A DNA stretch of 63,722 nt, counting the filler, from Octopus bimaculoides (Eukaryota): assembly GCF_001194135.2 (NCBI RefSeq). It is 6 parts of 6 records of this genome, joined end to end, with 100 filler letters (N's around TTAATTAATTAA, not from the genome) between each part and the next. Parts side by side here need not be neighbours in the genome. Positions count along the whole stretch, not along the records: positions 38,312 to 52,715 come from NC_068982.1; positions 52,816 to 58,280 come from NC_069002.1; positions 58,381 to 62,539 come from NC_068986.1; 3 more parts are not named here. One strand, given 5' to 3'. The notes beneath the pieces were generated by a model that worked only from the letters and a program-made list of their open reading frames with translations, did not search any database and was not told the DNA's origin. Below are positions 50,643 through 62,639 of this stretch, piece after piece. Numbering within the stretch: the stretch's first letter is position 1; each line of letters opens with the position of its first letter. Made by a program: the position numbers and the translations under genes.

Positions 50643-50851
50643 TAATTTATGTATATATTAATACTATCTTGGTGGAAAAACTTCGATAATGCAAATATGT
50701 TAATAATTACCGGGGTAGCAAAAATCACACAAAAACTGGGTTATCATACCCGGTTAATGGGTAGAAATTCTATGTTAAAGTGATGTATTTTGAGTAGATA
50801 TAAAGAATAATAATATATGGAGCAAAACGCATATAATCAATAAGTTCCTTT

Positions 50852-50943
50852 AATTCCTACATATGTTTCAAAAATTATATGCCCTCTACTCCAAAGAAGT
50901 AAGAGATGCTGGTATATACATATAATTTCATCATCAGGGAACC
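50852..50943 (-). ncRNA. Minimal type I hammerhead ribozyme, GUA triplet
   Basis: GGTTCC-CTGATGA-TGAAATTATATG...CATATAATTTTT-GAAA-CATATG-TA-GGAATT: 6-bp helix I (2 GU), 11-bp helix II above a U.U pair, and palindromic helix III ACAUAUGU. Predicted cut between 50858 and 50857. Confidence 0.8.
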
Positions 50944-51494
50944 ATATTACAAATGCAAGGCTTGCGCTAAATGCTAATATTGCGTACGAGTAATAACGCT
51001 ATATACCTGAGTTAAATGACCATTAGAAACAAGAACGCTAGTTTACAGGGAGCTGTTTAGGGAGAGATGCAATGAACGCTATATTAAGAGTTTAAATTAA
51101 AATAAGACATAATGAACCGCAGAAAAATCTAAACGGTAATAATTCTTTATATACTACTCATTGTGTAAATAAGTGTTTATAAGGAAGGAAAATTAAAGAT
51201 GGATTGTAAATATAATTAATTAACCATAATATTGTATCATATTAAGTTACGGTAATTAGCCTAAATAAATGGCAATACAAGGTACAAAACTATAAAGTGC
51301 TGAAATAATAAGAATAAACATGCTTACGATAACAAAATCGATAGTATGTACGTAAATATACAAGTATACTTAAAACTCTACGAATATAACTTTTTGGGGA
51401 TAAACTTGCTGAACCAACTAGAGAAGGAAAAAGAGTGTAAAAAACTGGCGATGGATTTAGATATAATTATTATTTAAGATAATATTATAATGTT

Positions 51495-51540
51495 ATTATT
51501 GTCATTGTTGTTGTTGTTGTTGTCATTGTTGTTGTTGTTG

Positions 51541-51584
<44 letters not shown>

Positions 51585-51585
51585 A
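51495..51585. repeat. (TTG)n-(TTA)n compound microsatellite
   Basis: Direct read. Confidence 0.94.
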
Positions 51586-52302
51586 ATTTAAAAATGAATT
51601 TATTATTATCATTATTATTATAGTTATTGTCTAAAGTTAAATAAAAATAAATACAAAGTTGGGTGATTGTTCATACCACATGTAAAGCGGCTGTCAACTA
51701 GTGAGTATGTTGGTAGTTGAAAATCATGATAATAACTAACATTAGTAAAAAGGATGAAATTAATGAAACGAGCCGAAGGTGTGCTTGCTCCAATGCTGGC
51801 ATCTGTATGCTATCCGTGTTATCTGGTTCACTAAATTATACTTGGAGAACAGAATGTGGAATAGCTCCAAGTTACAGAGAGGACAAAAATCTTTATCCTT
51901 GTTGTAGGGTATTGAGGTAGCCAGTATTGACTATTCCAAAGAGAATTGTTTATTGCAGTCCTTAAGTTTCCAGATTAACTTACTAAGACCGGTACTATTA
52001 TTTTTATTCCTATCCCTAAAGGATGAGTAATGGTTAGAGATTATCTTAGAGACCTGCGTCGAAGAGCAACCAATATAATGCGAGACCTCTCAGTTAGTCG
52101 TTACCTTACATTGATAAACCACATTTTTGGTCCTAGCATTCACACTTAAAAACTTGATTCTATCAGAATTAGATTCCGAGATACTAATCTTATTGTTGTG
52201 ATAGTTATTGTTATATTTACTAATGTTGTACGTATTACCTATATTTTTATCTAACTAATTATTGCTACCACATGCGTGTGCCGAATTACTGGAGTAATAG
52301 TT

Positions 52303-52715
52303 ATTATTATTATTATTCAGTAGTTTTATTTTTATAACGTGCTTTCACTTCACTACCGAGCGCAGCTCTGTGCGCCTTGGGTATGTGCTGTGGTTTGCTG
52401 TGGTGCTCTTATGTTTACTGTATTGAAAGTGTTTTGCGTAGAATGTGTGCAGTACCCAGTAGTGCAATTTTCTGTATGTTATATATATTTGTAAGTCCTG
52501 CTATTTTTGTTATGTATTTGTCTGAATATTTTTTTATTATACCTAAGGCACCTACTATGATAGGAATTGTTTCTGTTTTTAGATTCCACATTCGAGTTAT
52601 CTCTATTTCCAGGTCTTTGTATTTTGAAAGTTTTTCCATTTCTTTTAGAGAAACGTTGTCATCTGCTGGTATTGATACATCAATTAGAAAGCATTTTTTT
52701 TTCTTCATGATCTTT
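52303..52715 (-). mobile_element. RLE-type non-LTR retrotransposon (R4/Dong-like) 3' end with (TAA)n tail
   Basis: Open frame KCFLIDVSIPADDNVSLKEMEKLSKYKDLEIEITRMWNLKTETIPIIVGALG...IQKIALLGTAHILRKTL*, then a 3' UTR and an (AAT)n tail at ~52303-52317. The 5' side is lost in a gap. Confidence 0.88.
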
Positions 52716-52815
52716 NNNNNNNNNNNNNNNNNNNNNNNNNNNNNNNNNNNNNNNNNNNNTTAATTAATTAANNNNNNNNNNNNNNNNNNNNNNNNNNNNN
52801 NNNNNNNNNNNNNNN

Positions 52816-52852
<37 letters not shown>

Positions 52853-53330
52853 ATATGTATCTATGCGTGTACGTATGTATGTATATTATAATTATGTATA
52901 TATATATATATATATATGGAAAAATGCGAGCTAGAGAAATAATAAACCAGGAAAATTACAGGGCATCTTATTACATCTGGCAAAGTACAGAAAATCCATA
53001 TTTGTTCCAGGCTATACTATTATGCTAATTAATAATGTGTCAAATGTATCAATTAGCGGTATCGTTGATAATATTTTCCGGACCTCTATTACGCCGGTGA
53101 CATATATTAAAAGTCCTTTATTGAGCTATGTTCATAAAGAAGTATAGAACTACATTATCACCCTCAAATTTGAGAAACAAACACTCTTTTCTGATAAAAT
53201 TTCATACATGTGATTGATACTATGAAAGTCTTCGAATTGAGTTCTATTATTTAAGCTTAATTAAAATGTAGCTTGTTTTGAAAATAAAAAAAAAATTAAT
53301 TATACTTATATCCAATTTTTTACCTTAATC

Positions 53331-53678
53331 TTTTACTCTTTTACTCTTTTACTTGTTTCAGTCATTTGACTGTGGCCATGCTAGAGCACCGCCTTTTAGT
53401 CGAGCTAATCGACCCCAGGACTTATTCTTTGTAAGCCTAGTACTTATTCTATCGGTCTCTTTTGCCGAACCGCTAAGTTACGGGGACGTAAACACACCAC
53501 CATCGGTTGTCAAGCGATGTTGGGGGGACAACATAGACACACAAACATATACACACACATACACATATATATACATATATACGACAGGCTTCTTTCAGTT
53601 TCCGTCTACCAAATCCACTCACAAGTCTTTGGTCGGCCCGAGGCTATAGTAGAAGGCACTTGCTCAAGATGCCACGCA
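53331..53678 (-). mobile_element. SINE family B, well-preserved copy running into a gap
   Basis: TTTTACTTGTTTCAGTCATTTGACTGTGGCCATGCTAGAGCACCGCC...TTTGCCGAACCGCTAAGTTACGGGGACGTAAACACACC... Confidence 0.93.
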
Positions 53679-54712
53679 NNNNNNNNNNNNNNNNNNNNNN
53701 NNNNNNNNNNNNNNNNNNNNNNNNNNNNNNNNNNNNNNNNNNNNNNNNNNNNNNNNNNNNNNNNNNNNNNNNNNNNNNNNNNNNNNNNNNNNNNNNNNNN
53801 NNNNNNNNNNNNNNNNNNNNNNNNNNNNNNNNNNNNNNNNNNNNNNNNNNNNNNNNNNNNNNNNNNNNNNNNNNNNNNNNNNNNNNNNNNNNNNNNNNNN
53901 NNNNNNNNNNNNNNNNNNNNNNNNNNNNNNNNNNNNNNNNNNNNNNNNNNNNNNNNNNNNNNNNNNNNNNNNNNNNNNNNNNNNNNNNNNNNNNNNNNNN
54001 NNNNNNNNNNNNNNNNNNNNNNNNNNNNNNNNNNNNNNNNNNNNNNNNNNNNNNNNNNNNNNNNNNNNNNNNNNNNNNNNNNNNNNNNNNNNNNNNNNNN
54101 NNNNNNNNNNNNNNNNNNNNNNNNNNNNNNNNNNNNNNNNNNNNNNNNNNNNNNNNNNNNNNNNNNNNNNNNNNNNNNNNNNNNNNNNNNNNNNNNNNNN
54201 NNNNNNNNNNNNNNNNNNNNNNNNNNNNNNNNNNNNNNNNNNNNNNNNNNNNNNNNNNNNNNNNNNNNNNNNNNNNNNNNNNNNNNNNNNNNNNNNNNNN
54301 NNNNNNNNNNNNNNNNNNNNNNNNNNNNNNNNNNNNNNNNNNNNNNNNNNNNNNNNNNNNNNNNNNNNNNNNNNNNNNNNNNNNNNNNNNNNNNNNNNNN
54401 NNNNTATATATATGTATGGATGTATGGATGGATGGATGGATGGATGGATGCACTTTAATTTTCTGCTGTGCCTTTTTTCTGTATACGAACTCCTTAATAC
54501 TTCATCACTGACTGTCTAAACTCCTATCAATGGAGGGATTATCATCGCATCGGCAGATTATATTTGACCCTACTGAATGACACTTAAGATGACTCTGATC
54601 GATATCGAGTTGTCATACTGTATTGATTGATTGCTCTAAGTGTTCAGTTCTGACAACATGGCGGCATTAGTTCTCACATGGTATGTACACTCACGCACAC
54701 ACTCATACACAC

Positions 54713-54746
<34 letters not shown>

Positions 54747-54846
54747 NNNNNNNNNNNNNNNNNNNNNNNNNNNNNNNNNNNNNNNNNNNNNNNNNNNNNN
54801 NNNNNNNNNNNNNNNNNNNNNNNNNNNNNNNNNNNNNNNNNNNNNN

Positions 54847-54890
<44 letters not shown>

Positions 54891-55104
54891 AATTTAGTGT
54901 GTGTATGCTCATGCTAGTGTGCACGGCTTAGTTTACCTGCATCTTCTCCGCTAGCGAATATCGATTTTCGCAGACACTCTTCTATAATCTCGCTTCTTCC
55001 AACTGTCTCTCCCTTCTTCCCGCTTATTCAAGTCATCTTTCCAACTATTGATCTTAAAGATCATATAACCTCCTGATAAACAGCAGGTAAACATCAGCGG
55101 ACTA

Positions 55105-55149
<45 letters not shown>

Positions 55150-55817
55150 CAGCTCCACCGTCTCAATTTGTAGGGTCGGTAATGCTACATGTGCACACGC
55201 TTTCCCATCATCTCCCATCTTGAATATATTTATGTGTAAAAATGTATAATGTTGACTCTAAGTAGATTTATAGACATATTCCAGCTTGTGTTGGGGAGAG
55301 AGTCCGTGCGTATATGAATATGTTTGTGAAGTGAATCAGTTTGGGCATCCTTAGACAAGATTAAAACCCTAGTCTGGATTTTTCTATATAAGTCCCTTCA
55401 TATTTTTACGTTTATGCATTTGTCTTGCAAGATTCCTGATGGGAAATCGTGTATTGTAACATATGTTGTTATATTTCAGGACGGTCATTTTGTTTGTTTA
55501 TTTTTTTGGCCAAATAAACACCGCTGTTCACTTCGGATTTATTATTGTTCGAATTTTATGCCCCAGTGACCTATTCAGCGTCTCACCCCCGCCTCCCGTC
55601 TCTCCTCCTGTTCTGTTTAGTCCATTCTTCATACTGTTCTCGGCATTTGCACTGAAACATGTGTGAGATTAAACTGTCATATTAGATAAGCTACATTGTT
55701 TCTTGAAGATCCTACGATTAAATACCGTTCAGACTAGATAATAGACGATAAGAATCTTTTGTTTAACCTAACCTAATTTAACCTGACCTAATTTAAGAAG
55801 GAAAGCATAGCAAGTAC

Positions 55818-56011
55818 CTGGCACAAATTCAGTTCACCCTCTTTCGTCTGGCACCTGGCAGAAGAAGCTCTTCTAACATGTTCCCGAGGGACTATACAAC
55901 CTTCACCTTCACTAATTGTTAACTCAACGAGGTAGATTCCTTTATACTTTCTCTCACCTTTCATATGTTTTCTTTGAACAGCTCGAAGAAGTTGCTTTTT
56001 CTCTTGTAACG
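55818..56011. other. Unique segment with exon-like splice signals on both strands
   Basis: Plus: long polypyrimidine tract...GAACAG|55982-56011 (LEEVAFSLVT)|GTAAGA. Minus: CAAG|56002-55958 (EKKQLLRAVQRKHMK)|GTGAGA, with the frame staying open to a second donor at 55818. Confidence 0.3.
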
Positions 56012-56030
56012 GTAAGATAAAGGCCATTCC

Positions 56031-56858
56031 AACTGTTCTTTATTTCATCGACCCTAAAATGATAACAGGCAAAAATCGCACTGCACAGGATTTGAACCCA
56101 GAACGTAAAGACCCGAAAGAAATGCTACTATTCAACAACGATTCAACAACGATTCTAACAAACTCGACCCATTCCTGATGATTTTAAGAATGGTTCTGAT
56201 TTGGGTACGATGTTAGCCATTTTGAGAGGAGATGTTTAGCCAACACCATTGCACCAGTGAATGACCAATATTTTATTGGCCCTCACCTCAAAAACAAAAA
56301 AGATGAAATGAAGCACAGCTAGCGAGATTTGAAACCAAATTGTAAAGATCCAGAACACTTTTTGTTTTTCACGTGCAAACGGTTCTGCCAGCTCTCCAGC
56401 CTGTTAACAACAATAATATTCTTTTCTAATATAGGTACAAGGCCTGAAATTTAGGGGAAGAGGCTAAGTCGATTACACCGACCCCAGTATTCCACTGGTA
56501 CTTATTTCATCGACCCCGAAAACGATGAAAGGCAAACTCGACGTCGGCGGAATTTGAACTCAGAACATCTAGAGCCAAAAGAAATGCCGCTAAACATTTT
56601 CTCTGATCCACTAACGATTGTAACCCACTCGCCGCCTTCCTGATAATTGTAAGAATAGTTTTGATTTGGGTACGAGATTAGCCATTTTGAGAAGAGATTT
56701 AGCCGATACGATTGAAGTAGTGTATGACTGGTACTTTATTTTATTGGCTCTCACCTTAAAAAAAAATAAAGAAAATAAAGAAATTAAATGAAGCTAGGAT
56801 TCGAACCCAAACTGCAAAGAATCATATACGGAACATTTCTGCCAGCATGCCACCATGT
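56031..56858 (-). mobile_element. Four head-to-tail SINE family A copies (56031-56160, 56195-56400, 56431-56638, 56660-56858)
   Basis: Each copy has GATTTGAAC/GAATTTGAAC/GATTCGAAC B-box-like cores. Copies 2 and 4 share the private flank GATTTGGGTACGA...TTAGCCAT...TTGAGA. Confidence 0.8.
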
Positions 56859-59012
56859 CAGTGATAGTAATATTTTTATTGATTCGTACTTGTCTTCGTA
56901 TAGATTATCATCAGCTTTGTTGATGTACTTCTTGCTCTCATCACTTCTGTGGTCGATCAGTTATTTTATGTTATCGTTGCTCTTGTTATTATACAACGTT
57001 TTCTGTTTGTTCTTCTGTACACATTTTGTTGACGTGTTGTAATATAAAACTACTTTTTCTCCTGCAAATACCATCTGCTTTTTGAAAAGTTAAGTATACA
57101 TCGAGTTTATCAGTGTAGCGTAAAAGAAAAAAACAGAAACACAGACGAAATTGATCTAACGATCATATTGTTCTCCATCAACGAAATATAAATATGAAGC
57201 AAATTAAATAAAACAAACAAAAAATATATAACAATAGCTCTTCTTAACTTTTTACAAATTGAGGTTTTAAAGATTTGCAAAGGAGGCTTCTGTTCTGATT
57301 CAGCAATAAATAAATAAATAATGAAATGAAAATAAAATTTAAAAAGTAGAAATAGAAAGAAAAAAAATTCTTCGAAAATCCAGGAAATAATTGTTGCGGT
57401 ACAGTTCTATTTAACAATTGATTTCATCTTAATCTAATTTCCTCTTTGAGTTAGGAAAAAGCAATAACATATTGAGTATGTTAAACATCGAAGTCTAAAA
57501 GTGTATTTCTTTTTCGTCTTTGGAATCGGTCACTGAAGAAGTAGATATTCTAAAATTCTATAATACAATCTTAGAACATTTAGCACAAAATGAAGCTTCA
57601 ATTAGCATTTACAATTGTGCATTTTCCATATTTTGTCGGACGTTTTGTTGCTGTAAGATGTCTCATAATGGTTTTAGTGGTGTTACTTCGAGAAGGAAAA
57701 ATGGGAGAGTCGTCAGAGCGTAGGGAAAATACTACGCAGTATTGGTTTCAACTCTCTATATTTCAGTTCAAATCACGCTGTAGCCATCTTCGCCTTTAAT
57801 CCTTTCAGAGCTGATAAAAAGATTTAAGGACAATAAATATGTTTCTAACGGTGTATACCTGTGAGTGTGTATATGTATGAGTATATATATACATGTAAAT
57901 ATGTATGTATATGTATGAGTATATATATACATGTAAATATGTATGTATATATATATATATAATCCAAGAAAGTTAGGGTTGTGAATCCAACCCACTAAGG
58001 GATAATATTCATCCAATATACTGCTGGGAGGATACCCAATTATTATTACACTGGTGTTTTTACCAAGTGCAAAAAATGGGTACGGTTAAAAGAAATTTTA
58101 CCCTAAATTTATATAGCAATAAGAAAATCGAGGGGAATATGAGGTACTCATCAACTTGCAGACACTGTATTCCGTTGATTAATCTGTTTATTTTTCAACC
58201 AAGAGGACAATAAAAACAATATACAAACACATATGTCATATCAGCAATTAAAAATTAAATTGCTATATATATATATATATNNNNNNNNNNNNNNNNNNNN
58301 NNNNNNNNNNNNNNNNNNNNNNNNTTAATTAATTAANNNNNNNNNNNNNNNNNNNNNNNNNNNNNNNNNNNNNNNNNNNNAAATATGTATGTGTATAAAT
58401 CTTTGTGTGTGTATAATATATATACTCATTTATTCCTCCACATATTTATTTGTCTGATATATATATGTTATTTTATTGTTATTTCATTATTTCATTATAT
58501 ATTTAAATTTTTAAATCCGCATATATATCATATGCACACACACACACACACTTACATACATATATGTACATATACATATATATATATATATACATATATA
58601 AATGTATATGTTGTCTTTTTATTACTTTTTGCTATATGTTGACTGTTGTGTGTTATAATCCTACTCACGATTGGCTTTTGTTCACATATATCTTGAGATA
58701 TTTAATTAGAGATTTAGATACCTGTAACACGCTTTGTTTGCACATATGTGTGCACTTTCTTTACAAGTTTCATTCACTTTGTATAGAAAGAAGAGGAAAA
58801 TAACACATCTTTTCAACGATTGCCTGATGCATATTTGTATGTGAGTGACATTTCACACACACACATACACACATACACACGCTCACGAACATATACGCGA
58901 GCATTTGCATATAAACGCACATAGACTATACCTTCAGAAGTCTTTGTTTAATCATTTTCACAATTTTGTACTTTCCACAATACACATACATAATAATGCA
59001 TGCATACGTATA

Positions 59013-59063
<51 letters not shown>

Positions 59064-61661
59064 GTATGTATATATGTTGAAAGATATTTCGATAGATAGA
59101 TAAGTAGATAGATAGATGTACATCGAAGTACAAAGAGATAAAAGTGCTCAATAAATCCATGTGTTAAAAGTGTATACACTCTGACATATAGTTGTCGTGT
59201 CTAACGTAAATATGATTTATGATTACGTAATGGGATTGAATTTTTACGTGTAACAAATCATAAGTTACACACACACACACACTCATACACACACTCACAC
59301 CCACACTCACACACAAACGCATCACATCACACATATATGGTTCAAATGTATAAAACACAAAAGACGCAGATAATTGAAGAAACAACAAACAAGATGTTGT
59401 AGTTTGACGCTCAGGAAAATGTAAAAGTCTCAGAAGTTTCGGGCCTACGTTCTTCGGCAGAAAGGAATAAGGAGAAAAAATGGGAAAAATTACGGAGAGG
59501 AAAAAAGTGTCTGGGTTAACGGTTTCATACACATATATACTGTGTATGTGGTTGTGTTTGTATATGTGTATATTTGCATACATATTTATGACACTAGCAT
59601 TGGTACCAGCAGTTATTGGTCAATTGTTGTTCTTGTACGCGGTGTACGGCCAGTGTCTTCAGTCGGTAGATCATTCAATTCGTTGTACAGCCTCAACAGA
59701 TGTATTATTAAAAAAATTGAAGCGATCTCTCTATGCCCGAATAATGAAACGGAATCTTTCAGGTAGCAAATAAAAAGGGCGTGGAGCCAGTGAGATTACA
59801 TAGTTCGTACGATGTTTAATCATTACCACGCTTGTGGTTTCTTAGATCTTTATATACCTACTAAGCACGTGTAGTGCATAGACGGTACAAAAGTTTATGT
59901 AGAATAGTGAACAGCAACTGAACACATCGAACACAGAAGTTCCTCAGTGAAGTGGAATTTTAAGAATAGATATCATTCTTCTGAAATGTTGTTTCAGATA
60001 ATGCCAACCTCTAGGTAGACGGCTGATCATCATATCCCCTAATAACTATTTTGCGGTGAATTTTCTCCTGGGAATTAGGGTTCATCCAGACCGAAACTCC
60101 CTTAAACTGAAGCAACTCTAGTATGTTGTTAAAACACACTAGAATGGTCTACTGATAACAAAACATTTCTCGGAACTCTTTGATTATTTTTTTTTCTATT
60201 TGAATAGGAGAACCTTTCCCGAAATTTGGTAAGATTTTAGATAACCTATGTAAGGTAATACAATATCTTTTCCTTGTGCTGTCTTTTATTGTTATCTTAT
60301 TACATATATTGCATAATTTACCACCAGTATTACCCAAAGTTTTTTCACGCACTTATACTATTCATATGATTTCTAGAAAATTTCTTAAATAAACCGTCTT
60401 AATTTTAAAACTAGTGGATATGGCTGCCTTACTAAGGCAATTACTCATATAAATTCGCACAAAACCATTCGACTCATAACTTACAATCTGGTAAATCTAG
60501 TAAAGAATTTCGAATGCAACACACAGCATGTGCTCTAAAACTTCTCATGAAAATATAAAAACACATCTTGCTCCCAAACAGCTTATTCAATATACAAAAA
60601 ATATTTAAAAGATATTTTCTATTCTCAAAAGTCAACTGAAAATATGCAACCACTAAAATCTGTGTTATTCACCTCATGCTTCACAATCAAGAAATATTCT
60701 TATTTAAGTGGGTATGTATGTATGTATGCATTTATGTACCTCTATACGTTTTATGTATGTATGTAACATATGTATACACAATATATTCTCATAGTGTTCT
60801 CGAAATATGTGGCAGAGATAGATACTCCTATTACACACATACATACCCCTAACACACACGTACGTATGCATATGTGTACCTGGGACTATATTTCATTTAG
60901 TTCAAAGTCTTTGGCTCACTTATGAAATATTGCATTTCATTACTATAAACAATGGACTACCGTTTTGAAAAGCTAAGAATGTGTGGCTTTCATTCCTTTC
61001 CCAAGATCATTAGCAGTACAAGTGAACAGAAATAGCGTCATTTAGTTATTGGAATCTTGTTGTGGTTCCATCATGTTGGAAGTTTACCATATATTCTAAC
61101 GGTCTCACTACACTTAGAAGTGAATAGCTATTCCTATAAAAGTCATTAAGTTTATGCTACATTTTCTAGTTGTTCTTGATGTTGCTCTTGCAATGGCTTT
61201 TGGCAGAGATAAAAACTCTTTTTACTCTAATAGACTTTGCTTGGGGAATCTATAATGAGAGGAGTAACATCTAAGTCAAGAATGGCTGAACATATTTACT
61301 GCGAGAATGGAAATCATATTCTTCTAATTCTATAGATTTAAATTTCGGTAATTGATAGAGAACCACACTGGAAATTTAGAAAAATCAAAGATGCAATACA
61401 TGAAATGCTTGTTGATAAGCCAATCAGTGAGCATAGAGTTGACATCAGGTCAATACGGCTGACTTTAGGAAAGTTAAATATAAATAGCATAAAATTCTAA
61501 CATAAATTGTGCATGTGTCGGTGACTTTTTGGATACGAAACTTATTGACCTGAGTTCAAATCTGGTATCGTTCTATATACACATTCAAAAATAAGAAAAC
61601 TCGATAGAAATCGGGAACAAAACAGATCGAAACGTTGAATAGATGTAAATCCTTTTTCCTT

Positions 61662-61950
61662 TTACCTTTTATCTTTTACTTGGAGCACCGCTTTGAGGGA
61701 AATCGACCCTACGACTTATTTTTAAAGCCTAATACGTATTCTATCTTTCTCTTTTGCCGAACCGCTATCTTACTGTTATGAAGCACGCACGCACACATAT
61801 ATACGTATATACGATGAGCATTCTTTCAGTTTCCCTCTACCAAATCCACTCACAACGCTTTGGTCGGCCGGAGGCTATAGTAGGAGACACTAGCCCTCGG
61901 TGTCACGCAGTGGGACTGAACTCGGTACCAAGTGTTTGGGAAGCAAACTT
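61662..61950 (-). mobile_element. SINE family B with internal deletions
   Basis: TTTTGCCGAACCGCT...TTCAGTTTCCCTCTACCAAATCCACTCACAA...GCAGTGGGACTGAAC. Confidence 0.85.
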
Positions 61951-62232
61951 CTTTATTTCATTAAAATTCGCCATTGGAGGTGTTACAGAGAGGGGACAAA
62001 CAAGGACAGACAAACATAAGGGGGAGGAAGCTTAAACGTTTTTTTTTAAATTTTACAAGTTACGAATAAATTAAAATATGATTGAAATTGATTTAAAAAT
62101 TAATTTTAAAATATTACACAAGAAATCATTGCGCTTCGCAATGAGGTAGCTAGAAGGAAGGCAACCGACCATCCTGGTAGAACCTTTGCTTCCCAAATTG
62201 ACCTCACTTATTTGGTGCCAAACTCACACAGC

Positions 62233-62539
62233 NNNNNNNNNNCTACTGAGGTGGTAACTAAAAAAGTTAACCAACCCCTGGCCGGAGACAAAGGTACCTG
62301 TCACTATACCTTTCACACGCGTCTTCCATACTGTTTGTTTCAGTATGACTACTACGCAGAAAAAACAGGCCTTCTTTCCCTGTTAAGGAAAGGAGGTGGT
62401 ACAGTCTCGATGATAGACTCAGCTGATAGCTGTACTCTTCCTATCACTGACAACAGTGGTTCTGCAAAGGCTATCAGTCCCGACAACTCCGAACAGCCCA
62501 CAAATGCGTGCAAGACGGTTTCCCTATCCTGCCCAGATC
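62233..62539 (-). mobile_element. L1/Tx1-like LINE ORF2 C-terminal (zinc-binding) fragment
   Basis: The minus-strand open frame GQDRETVLHAFVGC...VILKQTVWKTRVKG...GLVNFFSYHL has the ETxxHxxxxC and WxxR motifs. It is bounded by gaps. Confidence 0.72.
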
Positions 62540-62639
62540 NNNNNNNNNNNNNNNNNNNNNNNNNNNNNNNNNNNNNNNNNNNNTTAATTAATTAANNNNN
62601 NNNNNNNNNNNNNNNNNNNNNNNNNNNNNNNNNNNNNNN

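Noticed and set aside
42824-56894. Other CTGANGA matches (for example ~42824, ~44755, ~49025, ~56888)
   Set aside because: They lack a paired helix II followed by GAAA and a closing helix I.
24192-62595. Recurrent palindromic TTAATTAATTAA 12-mers
   Set aside because: Always embedded in N-runs and encode stops in all six frames, so they are an assembly spacer and not biology.
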